Of a stretch of 64,000 bases of DNA, positions 17,646 through 28,599 are shown one piece after another. The position numbers and the translations under genes are program-made. Origin of the DNA: a candidate division WWE3 bacterium (lineage in GTDB: Bacteria; Patescibacteriota; WWE3; JAUXAW01); the NCBI GenBank assembly GCA_030619715.1, contig JAUXAW010000001.1, forward strand, positions 3,195 through 67,194, written 5' to 3'. Under the pieces are notes generated by a model. It was not told where the DNA came from and made no database searches. It saw nothing but the letters and a program-made list of their open reading frames with translations. Numbering within the stretch: position 1 is the stretch's first letter; each line of letters starts with the position of its first letter.

Positions 17646-19421
17646 TTATTTATCCGGCTCAATCCCGTAATAAACCGTCAACTCTTTTGTTATCTCCATC
17701 CACATCGGCACCGCCGTTTCCGCCGCGTAAATGCTAGCAGATGGCTGGCGCAACAAAACTAGCATAACAAAGTTGGGGTGGCTTGGCAAAAAGCCGACGA
17801 AGGTGGCGTTGGTCTTCGTCGGATCGTAGCGGCCCTCGACCGGAATTTGCGCCGTCCCCGTTTTCCCCGCCACCCGATGAGTTTTCAAATTATAAAATTT
17901 TGATTCCCCGCCCTCGACTGCGGCGGTCAACATCTCGACCATAATTTCCGCTGATTTCGCTGATATTACCTGAGCCAACTCTTTTGGCTTTATCCTGATT
18001 ACCCGCCCGCCCTCACGGATTTCGTTAACAACATACGGCTTCATCATCTTGCCGTCGTTGACAATCGTCGAAAAAATAGCCGCCAACTGCAGGGGGGTCA
18101 TCGAAACACCCTGACCGAACGCCGCCGTTGCCAAATCAACCGGTCGCCACTCGGAAAGCTCCTTGACAATTCCCGTGTCTTCATCCTCAAGATCAATTCC
18201 CAAAACCTCACCCAGACCAAACCTCAAAAAATAAGAGCGTAAAGTTTTCGCCCCCAACTGTTGCCCAACCCAGGCGGCACCAATGTTGTTCGAGTGCTGC
18301 AAGACCTCAATCATCGTTTCCTCACCGTGATGCTTTCCGTCCCAGGTATCAATCGTGTAACCGGAAACGGTGATTGGACCTGAATCGATCATCGTCGTCT
18401 GCGGTTCAACCGTTTTCGTGTCAATCCCGGCCGACATCATCAGCGCCTTTAATACCGACCCCGGTTCGTAAGTCTCAGAAATCGCTCCGTTTTTCCATTG
18501 CTCCGCTGATTTCGCTGATTGCTCACCTGATTCCGCTGATTCAATCTGTGCTGCAAGCTCTGTATTAAGGAATGGGTCGGACGGGTCATATGTAGGAAAG
18601 TTGGCAAGCGCCAAAATCGCCCCCGTCTGCGGCTCCACCACCACCACCGACCCGCTCTCTGCCCCGTACTTCCCCACCGCCGCCGAAAGTTTCTGCTCGA
18701 CCATAAATTGCAGTGAGCGATCAATTGTCAAAACCAAATCCCGACCATTTTCGGCCGGGATTTTTTTGTAGCCACCCAGAAGAATCGGCTGACCCGAAGC
18801 GTCTTTTTCTTCAACAATTCTTCCCGGACGACCGCGAAGGTCTCCGTTGTAAAAACCTTCCAAACCGTAATAGCCCTGGTCCTGCCCCTGCTCATCGGAA
18901 CCGACGAAGCCCAAAAGATGAGCCGCCAAACTCTCTTCCGGATAAAACCTCCTCGGCTCCTCCTCAAACCCAATTCCCTCGATTCCTAAACTTTCAATTT
19001 TCTCTTTCGTCTCGGGTAACACTTTGTGAGCCAAGGGAACCCATTGTAGGTCTTGACTTAAGGCCTCTAACAACCGTTGAGTCTCAGATTTCTTCAAGTC
19101 ATAGTCATCCAAAAGTTTTGAGTTTTGAGTTTTGAGTTTTTCTTCGACCAAGATTGCAGCAAGTAACTCTGAAGTCTTTTTGACATCCTTAACATTTGGA
19201 GGCTCACCATATACCAAATATGCTGCCTGATTTTCTACCAACGGAAAGCCGTCGTTGGAAAAAATCCGCCCCCGAGCAGCAGGAATCTCCGCATATCCCC
19301 AATGCTGTTTGGAGGCCAAGGCGGCGAACTTGTTATGCTCTACAATCTGCAGCTGGAAAAGCCGGAAGGTGATCAGGATTAAAAAGGATAAAAAAAGGAT
19401 TAAGAGGATCCTCACTCTCAT
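17646..19421 (-). CDS. ftsI: Class B penicillin-binding protein (FtsI-like)
   Basis: RGRI, EPGSVLK (SxxK), SNN, KTGT. Confidence 0.92.
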   Translation of the reverse strand: MRVRILLILFLSFLILITFRLFQLQIVEHNKFAALASKQHWGYAEIPAARGRIFSNDGFPLVENQAAYLVYGEPPNVKDVKKTSELLAAILVEEKLKTQNSKLLDDYDLKKSETQRLLEALSQDLQWVPLAHKVLPETKEKIESLGIEGIGFEEEPRRFYPEESLAAHLLGFVGSDEQGQDQGYYGLEGFYNGDLRGRPGRIVEEKDASGQPILLGGYKKIPAENGRDLVLTIDRSLQFMVEQKLSAAVGKYGAESGSVVVVEPQTGAILALANFPTYDPSDPFLNTELAAQIESAESGEQSAKSAEQWKNGAISETYEPGSVLKALMMSAGIDTKTVEPQTTMIDSGPITVSGYTIDTWDGKHHGEETMIEVLQHSNNIGAAWVGQQLGAKTLRSYFLRFGLGEVLGIDLEDEDTGIVKELSEWRPVDLATAAFGQGVSMTPLQLAAIFSTIVNDGKMMKPYVVNEIREGGRVIRIKPKELAQVISAKSAEIMVEMLTAAVEGGESKFYNLKTHRVAGKTGTAQIPVEGRYDPTKTNATFVGFLPSHPNFVMLVLLRQPSASIYAAETAVPMWMEITKELTVYYGIEPDK

Positions 19422-19714
19422 TGAACCTGCGCCAGTTTGGGATAGGAAAGGTATTCAAATGCCTGGGGATTGTATTTGAAGCCCAACTCTACTGCCTGCT
19501 CTTCAATTCGTGAAAACGAACCTAAACGGGCAACATTTTTTTTAAGCACCTGAATTTCGTTTTCCAGCTCACACCTTTGTGCTTCCGACTCTCTAATCTT
19601 TTGACCTTCGGTGGAAAGTTCATTGGCCAAAACCAACTGAGCAGAACCCAGAATCACAATCAAAACGAGAGTAGTTATCAAAATTGATTTTAGACTTAGT
19701 AATTTTCTCATCAA
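19418..19714 (-). CDS. FtsL-like protein
   Basis: TM plus coiled coil, RIEEQAVELG; lies between rsmH and the PBP. Confidence 0.65.
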   Translation of the reverse strand: MMRKLLSLKSILITTLVLIVILGSAQLVLANELSTEGQKIRESEAQRCELENEIQVLKKNVARLGSFSRIEEQAVELGFKYNPQAFEYLSYPKLAQVQ

Positions 19715-19718
19715 ACTG

Positions 19719-20594
19719 TCACTTCTTCTCTAACGCTCTCAGTTTTGCCGATCTTGTCCTCGGATTTTTTTCAATTTCCTCGTCTGACGGTACTACTGGC
19801 TTCCTTGTTAATTCTCCTCCCAAATCCTTTTTAATCATATTCTTCATAAAATCCTTGACAATCCTATCCTCCAGCGAGTGAAAACTAATAACGACTAACC
19901 GACCGTCTGCTTCCAGCAGTCCAAACGCTTGGGGCAGTGAGGACTGCAAGTTATTTAGCTCATCGTTAACCGCAATCCTAAGCGCTTGGAACACTTTAGT
20001 CGCCGGGTGTGTTTTCCGGGGCTCTCTGACAACCTGCGTGACTATATCCGCCAACTCCGCCGAGGTCCTAATCGGTTTGTCCCAACGCGAACGGATAATC
20101 GCCCCGGCAACAGCGCGTGCTCGAGACTCCTCTCCGTATTTTTCAAAGAGCTTAACAAGTTCTTTTTCACTCAAACCGTTAACCAAGTCTGCGGCAGTAA
20201 CTTTTAGATCGGGATCGGCGCGCATATCCAACGGTTCATTTTTTTGAAAACTAAACCCCCGTCCCGAATGCTCTAGTTGATAACTTGAAAGCCCAAGGTC
20301 GTACAAAATCCCAGTAACCGGATAGAAATCGTTCTCTTTGGCAATCTTGTCGATATTTTTAAAGTTCTGAGCTCTTAGCACCCAGCCCTTAGCACCTAGC
20401 TTTTCTAGCTTCTCCCGAGCGGCATCTATCGCATCAGGATCGACGTCCAGCCCGAGAAGGTTTCCACCACGCTTAACGATTTCGACCGCATGGCCGCCAC
20501 CGCCGACTGTCGCGTCGATATATTTTTTATTAGAACGTACGTTTAAATACGTTAGTGTCTCTTTTAAAAGTGCTGGTTCATGAAACTCCGCCAT
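19719..20594 (-). CDS. rsmH: 16S rRNA m4C methyltransferase
   Basis: DATVGGGGH, DLGLSSYQL, PLDMR, HPATKVFQALRI, FHSLEDR, RSAKLR. Confidence 0.97.
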   Translation of the reverse strand: MAEFHEPALLKETLTYLNVRSNKKYIDATVGGGGHAVEIVKRGGNLLGLDVDPDAIDAAREKLEKLGAKGWVLRAQNFKNIDKIAKENDFYPVTGILYDLGLSSYQLEHSGRGFSFQKNEPLDMRADPDLKVTAADLVNGLSEKELVKLFEKYGEESRARAVAGAIIRSRWDKPIRTSAELADIVTQVVREPRKTHPATKVFQALRIAVNDELNNLQSSLPQAFGLLEADGRLVVISFHSLEDRIVKDFMKNMIKKDLGGELTRKPVVPSDEEIEKNPRTRSAKLRALEKK

Positions 20595-21025
20595 CAGACC
20601 TCAAGCTTAGCCAACCTTTTGCCAGTCGCCCCCGAATGCTTGGCAATATAAGTTTTCCGCTTCGCCCATTCTTCGCTAGCCCAAATTTCAACCCACCGGC
20701 CTAGTCCCAAAAAACAAACTTCTTTCTTAATCTTGGCGTACTCTTTAAGGTTCTTGGGCAGAACGAATCGCCCGGCCTCATCCAACTCAACCTCAACTGC
20801 GCCCCCCAGCAAAAATCGGCTTGTGTCCCGCACCTCCTCGGCTACAAAAGGCCCTGCCGCCGCGTCGGCAATTAAAATCTCCCACTGTTTGGGAGAAACA
20901 ACAACTAAACAACCCTCGTAGCCCTGGGTAACGACAACTTTATTACCAATTTCTTCGCGAAATTTTTTTGGTAGCGAAACACGGTTCTTGGCCTCGACTC
21001 TGTATTTGTATTCTCCAATAAGCAT
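20594..21025 (-). CDS. mraZ: Transcriptional regulator MraZ
   Basis: Two AbrB-like repeats (EAKNRVSLP, DEAGRFVLP), VEIW. Confidence 0.95.
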   Translation of the reverse strand: MLIGEYKYRVEAKNRVSLPKKFREEIGNKVVVTQGYEGCLVVVSPKQWEILIADAAAGPFVAEEVRDTSRFLLGGAVEVELDEAGRFVLPKNLKEYAKIKKEVCFLGLGRWVEIWASEEWAKRKTYIAKHSGATGKRLAKLEV

Positions 21026-21036
21026 AACATTATCTT

Positions 21037-21088
21037 ACCACCAATTCCCACTAAATACCACTTTACATATATAAAAAGTTCTTGTCAA
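21037..21088 (-). promoter_or_regulatory. dcw promoter with MraZ boxes
   Basis: TTGACA(21088-21083)-17-TAAAGT; three GTGG(G) repeats with 10-nt period at 21038-21061. Confidence 0.8.
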
Positions 21089-21116
21089 GTATCAGTTTCT
21101 CCTTTAGGTACAACTA

Positions 21117-21151
21117 AGAGCCAAGCTCTGACGGAAAAAGAGCTTGGCTCT
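21117..21151. terminator. 13-bp inverted repeat downstream of glyQS
   Basis: AGAGCCAAGCTCT-9nt-AGAGCTTGGCTCT. Confidence 0.6.
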
Positions 21152-21221
21152 GGGCCTGGCTTGACACCAGCTGTTTATTTTGCTACTTTATAGGTTGAAG
21201 GGGAGAAGGCTGCCTAAGGTG

Positions 21222-22589
21222 TCACTCCAGACGCTTACGGAAGAGCTCAACTAATTCAGAGGTTTTGAAGCGCTCCTGTTCTGTTGTGTCTCGGTCGCGG
21301 ACGGTGACAGTGTCATCTTCCAAAGTTTGAAAGTCGATAGTTACACACCACGGCGTTCCGATTTCGTCCTGAGAATAGTAGCGCTTACCGATGTTGCCGC
21401 GGTCATCCCAAGCGACGTGAAACTCCGTCTTCAAATCTTCAAAAACTTCCCGCGCCTTTTTGACCAACTCCGGCTTATTTGCCAAAAGAGGAAATACCGC
21501 TACTTTATACGGTGCCAATCGTGGATCCAGCCTTAAGACAACACGATCTCCATCTTCAGTGTAACTATCAAGCAACGCCACCAACGCCGTCCTGGTCACT
21601 CCGAAAGTTGGCTCAACTACGTGCGGGAAAAATTCCTCACCCGTTTCCTGGTCACGGTAGCGCAAATCAACTCCACTAAACTTGGTATGCTGCCTCAAAT
21701 CATAATCCGTGCGGTAAGCCAAACCGTAAAGCTCCTTAAAACCACCGAAGGGAAAATCATACTCGATATCCTCGGTTCTTTTTGAATAGTGAGAAAGTTC
21801 CTCTTCGGTGTGTCTTCGCCAACGCAATTTATCTTTAGAAATTCCCAACGATGTCAACCAACCTGTCATCTCCTCCTTCCAATATTCAAAATATTTCTCC
21901 CAATTCTTTTCGCGGACAAAATACTCGAGCTCCATCATCTCAAACTCAAAAGTCCTGAAAATAAAATTACCCAAGGTCACCTCGTTACGGAAAGCTTTTC
22001 CAACTTGAGCCAAACCAAAAGGAATCTTGGGCGAAAAAGAATCAACCACATTTTGAAAAGTCAGGAACATATTCTGAGCTGTTTCGCCACGGAGATAAAC
22101 TTTGTCTTTGCCTTCCTCCAAACTACCTAAAGAGGTTTCAAAAAGAAGATTGAATTTACGGACCGAGGTCAAATCAACGCTACCACAGGAAGGGCACTTC
22201 AATTTGTTTTCCAAAACTATTTTGTCAACCTCCCCAAGCGGCTTCCCTTCAACCTTGATATTCAACTCATCTTCAATCAGATGGTCAGCTCGGATTCGCT
22301 TCTTACAGCTTTTGCAGTCAATTAAAGGGTCATTAAAGCTTTCCGTATGCCCCGAAGCCTGCCAAACTTTAGGATTAGAAATAATTCCTCCGTCAGTACC
22401 ATAAATGTCTTCACGCTCGTGAACAAAAGTCTTCCACCACAAATCTTTAATGTTTCTTAAAAGTTCGGCCCCCAAAGGGCCGTAATCATAAGCATTCGCC
22501 AGCCCCCCGTAAATTTCGGAGCTGGGATAAACAAAACCGCGCCTTTTGCAAAGACTGACAATTTTTTCTAGCAAGTTTTGCTCACTCAT
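21222..22589 (-). CDS. glyQS: Glycine--tRNA ligase (alpha2 type)
   Basis: CKRRGF, YDYGPLG, LRGETAQ, FRNE, EPTFG, IGKRY...DEIGTP. Confidence 0.96.
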   Translation of the reverse strand: MSEQNLLEKIVSLCKRRGFVYPSSEIYGGLANAYDYGPLGAELLRNIKDLWWKTFVHEREDIYGTDGGIISNPKVWQASGHTESFNDPLIDCKSCKKRIRADHLIEDELNIKVEGKPLGEVDKIVLENKLKCPSCGSVDLTSVRKFNLLFETSLGSLEEGKDKVYLRGETAQNMFLTFQNVVDSFSPKIPFGLAQVGKAFRNEVTLGNFIFRTFEFEMMELEYFVREKNWEKYFEYWKEEMTGWLTSLGISKDKLRWRRHTEEELSHYSKRTEDIEYDFPFGGFKELYGLAYRTDYDLRQHTKFSGVDLRYRDQETGEEFFPHVVEPTFGVTRTALVALLDSYTEDGDRVVLRLDPRLAPYKVAVFPLLANKPELVKKAREVFEDLKTEFHVAWDDRGNIGKRYYSQDEIGTPWCVTIDFQTLEDDTVTVRDRDTTEQERFKTSELVELFRKRLE

Positions 22590-23125
22590 AATTTCTCTTG
22601 AAACTGCGGGGACTTCAATTTCTTCTCAATGATTTCCTCAATATAACCTTTTATATCTCTGCGGTCAACCTTGTCTGACCAGAAACCAAGCAACCTCAAC
22701 AACTCGATCTCGAAATTCCGAGTAGTGGCACTTAGCTCAGAGCGTTTAGCACTTAGCTCGCCAAGAGTTCCGACTAAGAGGTTAAAAACCTGACGGTTGA
22801 CTTGTCTGTCCGGTGTCAGTTGGTCAACCAGTTCAACCAAATAAAACGCTGCCGCGGTTTTCCTAAGGTCTTTTTTAAGTTTTGAAAATGAATTGACCAC
22901 CTGCGCCTCGGTGACAATATCAAGATTTCGTCCCTCGGCCAGAAACAAAACGCAGTGATTAAAGAGCTCAACATTTCCCCCTTTCCTCGAAGTAATCTTC
23001 CGAACCCCCTTAGCAATCGTTTTAATTTTGCCGTAATGCTTCGTATAGATTGTCAGAATCCGGTCCGCCTCACCATAGTTCGTTCGCTTTAAGATTACCC
23101 CTTCAGTTTTATAACTGGACATCAA
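22586..23125 (-). CDS. recO: DNA repair protein RecO (short)
   Basis: [20 protein letters not shown]...[12 protein letters not shown]. Confidence 0.9.
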   Translation of the reverse strand: MMSSYKTEGVILKRTNYGEADRILTIYTKHYGKIKTIAKGVRKITSRKGGNVELFNHCVLFLAEGRNLDIVTEAQVVNSFSKLKKDLRKTAAAFYLVELVDQLTPDRQVNRQVFNLLVGTLGELSAKRSELSATTRNFEIELLRLLGFWSDKVDRRDIKGYIEEIIEKKLKSPQFQEKL

Positions 23126-24953
23126 TTTCGCGGTCGGACTTCAACTCAAACCCCTCAACCTCTTTACCATTAACCTTAATGCTATACATATGCCCGTCGG
23201 TCCCGGGTTGCTTTTGAACCAGCATTTGCAAGGCCTGGCCTTTCTGGACCTTAAAAGGCAACTCGTAGGTCACCGAAACGGAGTTGGAGTTCTCTGGATA
23301 GCAATAGGTGTAAGTTGTGAAAACCGTCTTGCCTAATTCTTCAGAAGAGGTCACCGCCGTCCAAGAGCTGCTGTCAAGAAGCTTGGAGCCTTGAGGAACA
23401 TAAATCCGCATCCAATCATAATAAGTCCCGTTGAGCCAACCGTCGTGGGGTTCGGGATTGTTTAAATTGATTGTCACCGTTTTTACCACCGTTCCATCTT
23501 TTGCCACCTTGATGTCCTGAGTTACCGTTTCCTGGATATAAAGATTGGCCTTGGCTCCGGCAAAGTTACAATCGTTGATGTGAAGATAATCACCGTCAAA
23601 ATCCCTGCTTCGCCCAGCAAAATTATACTTCTCCGCCAACTTTTGCGCCTCTGGCGCATGAAGATACAAAAGAACATGCTTCTCTCCCACCGCCTGCAGT
23701 GCCGTCTCGAAAAGTGGCTTCCAACGATCGCGGGAAGCGTGGAAGGCCTTGTCCATCATGGCGTCCATTAACTCTCCCAAAAGATCCTTGCGACCGACAA
23801 TATACCGCCCCAAAAGATTGACGTAAAGTTCTAACTGATAAACAATATTCTCCGAAGAGAAGGGCTCCTCATAGCCAGAAAGCTCGACTGGGCCCAAAAC
23901 CCCCAAAATATCTTTGACAAAATAGGTGTCAATACCAATAATTCCGTCAATCCGTGGAAAATTGGAAATTTTTCCTAAAAACCACTCAAACTTTTGACAA
24001 CTCTCATAGAAGTCCGGCGAGAGGTTAGAATCGCGAATAAAAGATTCTTCGACTTTAAGATATTGGGCTAAGACCGGCGTGGGAGGAGTTCTTTCGACAA
24101 TTTTTTCGTCCAACTTATACATATCATCGGAGGTCACCGAGATGATTTTCCCGCCCTCGACCGTTATCAGCGCGTAGGCGGTCAAAAAGCCCCCCGTCGG
24201 CCGCAGCTCTTTGTCATTTTGAAAAAGAACTAAATAGGTCTTTGGAGCCAAGTCACCCAAAACCCCCGGCAGAACGGCCAAAAGCTCTTTGATATCCGGC
24301 ATACTCTCCTCTACCGTATTCATCGTTTGTTTGGCCTCAATCAAAAGCGAACGAATTGGTTGACCTCTGAACGATTGAGGATAACGTTTGGGATCAACCG
24401 TCTCCAGCTCTTGGCGAATCGCCGCAAATTCTGTGGCAACTTCATCCAGTCGAGGGGCAATCTCGGGCATCACTTTGACCAGACCCTCAATCTTCTTTTC
24501 CGCATCAAGAAAGGCCTCGGTCTCCTCGGTCTTAAACCCCAAAACATCAGCGAACGGCTCAATCGCCTCGATCAGAACATTCCCCGCGGCAACACCGTGA
24601 TGAGCAGCTCGCAGAATATGCTCAATATCTTTGTAGTAGTTACCAAAGAAGGGGACGCTTTTCGTCCAAGAGAGGGGTTTAACATCTTCCTGAATATAAC
24701 CGATAGAGTCGTCTAGACCCGCAAGATCCCGCTCAATCTTGGTTAAATCTTGCAACAAAACCCCATCTTTCAAAAGCCGTGCTTGCCACCGAACTTTTTT
24801 AACATCGGCATAAACTTTCATCCCCGGCCGAATAATGAATAGAAAACAGAAAACAATGAACAATAAACAGAAAACAGAAAACAGGGCGACTGATCGTTTG
24901 TGTTTATAAAAGAAATTTGAGATTTGAGATTTGAGATTTGAGATTTTTTTCAC
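23109..24953 (-). CDS. DUF4012-domain membrane-anchored protein
   Basis: N-terminal TM; YLVLFQNDKELRPTGGF, RDSNLSPDF, RK, KAN, LVQKQPG. Confidence 0.85.
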   Translation of the reverse strand: MKKISNLKSQISNFFYKHKRSVALFSVFCLLFIVFCFLFIIRPGMKVYADVKKVRWQARLLKDGVLLQDLTKIERDLAGLDDSIGYIQEDVKPLSWTKSVPFFGNYYKDIEHILRAAHHGVAAGNVLIEAIEPFADVLGFKTEETEAFLDAEKKIEGLVKVMPEIAPRLDEVATEFAAIRQELETVDPKRYPQSFRGQPIRSLLIEAKQTMNTVEESMPDIKELLAVLPGVLGDLAPKTYLVLFQNDKELRPTGGFLTAYALITVEGGKIISVTSDDMYKLDEKIVERTPPTPVLAQYLKVEESFIRDSNLSPDFYESCQKFEWFLGKISNFPRIDGIIGIDTYFVKDILGVLGPVELSGYEEPFSSENIVYQLELYVNLLGRYIVGRKDLLGELMDAMMDKAFHASRDRWKPLFETALQAVGEKHVLLYLHAPEAQKLAEKYNFAGRSRDFDGDYLHINDCNFAGAKANLYIQETVTQDIKVAKDGTVVKTVTINLNNPEPHDGWLNGTYYDWMRIYVPQGSKLLDSSSWTAVTSSEELGKTVFTTYTYCYPENSNSVSVTYELPFKVQKGQALQMLVQKQPGTDGHMYSIKVNGKEVEGFELKSDREIDVQL

Positions 24954-25594
24954 GCTGCTCCTCTCGCCTGCAAAACTGCCAACGGTGTTTTGAGGATAAT
25001 GTAAAAATCGTAGAGGATTGAACGGCGGTCGGCATAGGCCGCATCCATTTTAGCCCTCTCGACAAAACTAACCTCCGAGCGACCTCCAACCTGCCAAGGA
25101 CCAGTAATTCCCGGCTTAACTTTTAAGAGCCGCTCAACATACGGACGGCTCTCGGGAAAAACGCGCTGCTGGTCCCGTAACTCAAAAGGAAAATAGGCAC
25201 GCGGCCCGACCAAACTCATCTCTCCCCTCAAAACGTTGATAAACTGCGGAAACTCATCAACACTCACCCTCCGCATAAAATTCCCTCCTCCAATAATGCG
25301 GGGGTCGTTTTCCAATTTGTAGCTATTTCTCTTGTACTCCTCATAAAGTTCGGAATGTTGTAGCAGATAGGCGTGGGCGTTGGGAATCATTGAGCGAAAT
25401 TTGTACATCCGAAATTTTTTACTATCTTTGCCAAGTCTTTCGGGGATATCCGCAAACACCGGACCCGGAGAAATAAGTTTGATATAAACGGCAGTTAGGA
25501 GCATCAGGGGACTAAAGACTACCAAACCAACGATCGCACCCACGATGTCAATCAGGCGTTTGGTCTTGTCATAAAAGTCTGGTGTGTTCTTCAT
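24950..25594 (-). CDS. Priming sugar (phosphoglycosyl) transferase
   Basis: KRLIDI, YKFRSM, DEFPQFINVLRGEMSLVGPR, KPGITG. Confidence 0.93.
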   Translation of the reverse strand: MKNTPDFYDKTKRLIDIVGAIVGLVVFSPLMLLTAVYIKLISPGPVFADIPERLGKDSKKFRMYKFRSMIPNAHAYLLQHSELYEEYKRNSYKLENDPRIIGGGNFMRRVSVDEFPQFINVLRGEMSLVGPRAYFPFELRDQQRVFPESRPYVERLLKVKPGITGPWQVGGRSEVSFVERAKMDAAYADRRSILYDFYIILKTPLAVLQARGAA

Positions 25595-26696
25595 AAAGGC
25601 CCTCCACAAAACCCTCAAGCTCTCTCTGGAAGCGCTTCTTACTAAATCTTGCCGCCTGCGCGTAGCAGTCTTCACTATGATACTGTGCCGTACCAAAGTG
25701 TTCGAGAGCCTTGGTTAGGGCCTCAACCGTTTGTGGATAGAAAAACTCCCCCGTTTTGCCTCCAATCACCGTTTCCAAAGCCCCACCAGCTTTAAAAGCG
25801 ATGACCGGTTTTCCCACCGCCTGTGCTTCCAGAGGCGTGATTCCGAAGTCCTCTTTCTGCGGAAAAATCAAGGCACGGCAGCCTTTATAGTAACTGACCA
25901 CCTCTTCGTCTGTCAACCGATCAAAGAGCTCGACTGTGGGTCCCGCTAATTTCTTCAGCCGTTCAAAATCTGGACCTTCGCCGATGATTTTGAGAGGAAG
26001 TTTGAGCCGGTTGCCGGCTTCGATCGCAATATCGATTTTTTTCCAGGCAGTCAGGCGAGAAACAATTAAATGGTAATCTGAATTAGCGACCGAGGGGTCC
26101 GCGAGCGGAACGTTAGGGTTCGGAGCCGATCGGAACCGATCCAAATCTACGAACGGGTAAATGATGTGCGAATCCCGACCGTAGTATTTTTTGATTCGCG
26201 CCTGCGGCGTCTTGGAGTTGGCGATAAAGTGGTCAACTCGTTGAGCAGCAGCGTAATCCCAAAGGCGGAAATAGGATAAAAAGGGATTTAAGAGGGATTT
26301 AAAGGGATAGGGAAAATTTTCAAAATAAGTTTGGGGTTCCCAAAACATTCGCGGTGGGGTATTCATATAGCAGATATGAAGCGTCTCCGGCCGTGTAATC
26401 ACCCCGTGGGCAAATCTCGTTGAAGATGACAAAACAACATCGTAACCTGTTAGATCAAAACTCTCAAAAGCAAGTGGATAGAGTGGGAAATAATGGCGGT
26501 AAAGTTTTTCCTTAAACGGCAGCTTCTGCATAAACGAAGTTTTGAGATTTGAGATTTGAGATTTCCACTGGGCGGAGGCCATGGATGTAAAAACGTCAGC
26601 TTTGGGGAACGTCTCGATCATTGCCATAAACAACCTCTCCGCTCCCCCATGTTGAATCAAATCATCATGAACCAAAGCGATTTTTATTTCAGTCAT
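25569..26696 (-). CDS. Glycosyltransferase family 4
   Basis: HDDL..GGAER, EDFGITPLEAQA. Confidence 0.92.
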   Translation of the reverse strand: MTEIKIALVHDDLIQHGGAERLFMAMIETFPKADVFTSMASAQWKSQISNLKTSFMQKLPFKEKLYRHYFPLYPLAFESFDLTGYDVVLSSSTRFAHGVITRPETLHICYMNTPPRMFWEPQTYFENFPYPFKSLLNPFLSYFRLWDYAAAQRVDHFIANSKTPQARIKKYYGRDSHIIYPFVDLDRFRSAPNPNVPLADPSVANSDYHLIVSRLTAWKKIDIAIEAGNRLKLPLKIIGEGPDFERLKKLAGPTVELFDRLTDEEVVSYYKGCRALIFPQKEDFGITPLEAQAVGKPVIAFKAGGALETVIGGKTGEFFYPQTVEALTKALEHFGTAQYHSEDCYAQAARFSKKRFQRELEGFVEGLYEEHTRLL

Positions 26697-26835
26697 CGTC
26701 CCCATTTTATCACACCCTATCTGTTTTCTCCCGTGATGTAGTGGCAGGCTTGTCTGTTACCTCCCCTCACTAAAGTGATGTAATTCCCGTACGGCCGTAC
26801 GCAATTAACATCACTTCCCACCAACCCCCTCATAT

Positions 26836-26932
26836 TTGACAACCATCTTGTAATATGGTATAATTAAAGGGTGGGATGCAGTAGCGAACTTTAGTTCGCG
26901 CATTTGACAAACAGAGCATTCTATGCTATAAT
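26836..26932 (+). promoter_or_regulatory. Tandem perfect sigma70 promoters
   Basis: TTGACA-17-TATAAT at 26836-26864 and 26904-26932, both with TGn. Confidence 0.85.
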
Positions 26933-27162
26933 TAAGAAGGAAAATGGGATAAGACGATGGAGAGAGGCCCAGGAGGGCTTTTGGTAGAAGGACGCGAAAC
27001 GCTCGTTTCTTTCCATCAGAAGCCTTTAAGGTTCTTCGAAAGTCACAAAACAGAAAGTGAGGAAAATTGCTAAAATTGCGGTTAGCAGCCGCCGGAGGCT
27101 CTCAAATCCAAAACCGAGAGCTTCTGTAAAAATCCTGGCGAGATGCCAGGAAAAGGGGCAAA

Positions 27163-27426
27163 ATGTCTACTCCAACCTTGTGGAGGGAGGACTGGGGGGA
27201 GTACTCCTTCCGCCCGCCGTGTGGGCACGCCGGTGGCGGTGCAGGTGACCAAATCCCCCACGACGAGGTGGACGAGACTGGTACATGGACATGTCCTGTG
27301 TGTGGGCTGTCCATCCAGATAACAGGCTCGTCCCCCGTGCCAAGTGACAACTGGAGTGACTCCAATGATGCCCTCGTCACTTGGCCGGATGGAAGGTTAG
27401 AACTATTTGCAGTTCACGATGTCTAA
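27163..27426 (+). CDS. Small Zn-ribbon-like protein
   Basis: PCGH...WTCPVCG; SD-like AGGGG; followed by a structured terminator at 27464-27530. Confidence 0.55.
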   Translation: MSTPTLWREDWGEYSFRPPCGHAGGGAGDQIPHDEVDETGTWTCPVCGLSIQITGSSPVPSDNWSDSNDALVTWPDGRLELFAVHDV

Positions 27427-27558
27427 CCTCCTTAATAACCGTATTCGCCTCTTAAGGCGAGTTGACACGCTTAACGTACGGTTACTTAACCAGAAATGGT
27501 TGAGGTTCCGAAAGCGTGTCTTCTTTTGTTTGTAAGAGGAGGATAGCAAGCAAGCTTG

Positions 27559-28599
27559 TCACTTCAAAACCGATCGGAGAACCGACAGAGTTTCGCGGGC
27601 ACACTTTTCCCAAGAAAATTTTTCCGACTGCAAAAGTCCTTTTTGAATTATTCTCTGATAATTTGAATTATCGAAGTGAAGAACTTTTTTAATTCCCTCG
27701 GCGATGCTTTCAACACCGAAAGGGTCAACATAGACAACGGCGTCACCACCAACCTCAGGCAGCGAAGAAGCGTTGGAGGTCACCACCGGAGTTCCGCAGG
27801 CCATCGCTTCCAAAACCGGGAAACCAAAACCCTCGTAATAAGACGGATAAACAAAAACCAGGGCCTTTCGATAAAGTTCGACCAAATCTTTCCGCGCCAC
27901 AAACCCCGGAAACTCCACTGTATCTTCAATACCCAACTTCCTAACTTTCGCTCTAATCATTTTAGTTTCAATTTTATCTTTATTAACAAACTGCCCTCCG
28001 GGCATTATTAATTTCAGCTTTGAGATTTGAGTTGTGGATTTGAGTTTTGAGTTTTGAGTTTTGAGATTGGCGAAAGCCTGTACGAGCCTGAGTATGTTCT
28101 TATTCACCTCCACCCCACCTACAAACAAAATATAATTTCCCCTTTCTTCTTTAGGGACAGGATCCTGCGTTCTAAACTCCTCATCAACTCCCAAATAGAC
28201 CCGATGGACGGCGTCTGCACCAACCCCCACAGATCTGACTACATCCTTCTTCGTATTATCAGAATTGACAAGAATCGCGTCAGCCTTTTTCACGCTCCGC
28301 AACTTCCATCGGTAAAGAAGTCCTTTTAAAAAATTGGCTAGGACCCCTTTTTCGGAAAAACGTTTAGTGGCCAGGGGAACAAGGTCGTGAATCATCAAAA
28401 CTCTAGGGCAAGAAACTCGCGGAAACCCGTCCCAAAAGTTGGGCTGTAGAAAAACATCCACTTTAGAAAAATCCCTCGTCTCAATCCTGACATCCGGATC
28501 AACTTTCGGCAACCACTCAATAATATGTTCGGTATAATTCCCAATCCCGCGGCCTTTATATTGATTTTTCGTTGTCCGATCATCAATGCCAATAATCAT
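27559..28599 (-). CDS. Glycosyltransferase family 4
   Basis: IHDL, KN, PSYYEGFGFPVLEAMACG. Confidence 0.92.
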   Translation of the reverse strand: MIIGIDDRTTKNQYKGRGIGNYTEHIIEWLPKVDPDVRIETRDFSKVDVFLQPNFWDGFPRVSCPRVLMIHDLVPLATKRFSEKGVLANFLKGLLYRWKLRSVKKADAILVNSDNTKKDVVRSVGVGADAVHRVYLGVDEEFRTQDPVPKEERGNYILFVGGVEVNKNILRLVQAFANLKTQNSKLKSTTQISKLKLIMPGGQFVNKDKIETKMIRAKVRKLGIEDTVEFPGFVARKDLVELYRKALVFVYPSYYEGFGFPVLEAMACGTPVVTSNASSLPEVGGDAVVYVDPFGVESIAEGIKKVLHFDNSNYQRIIQKGLLQSEKFSWEKCARETLSVLRSVLK

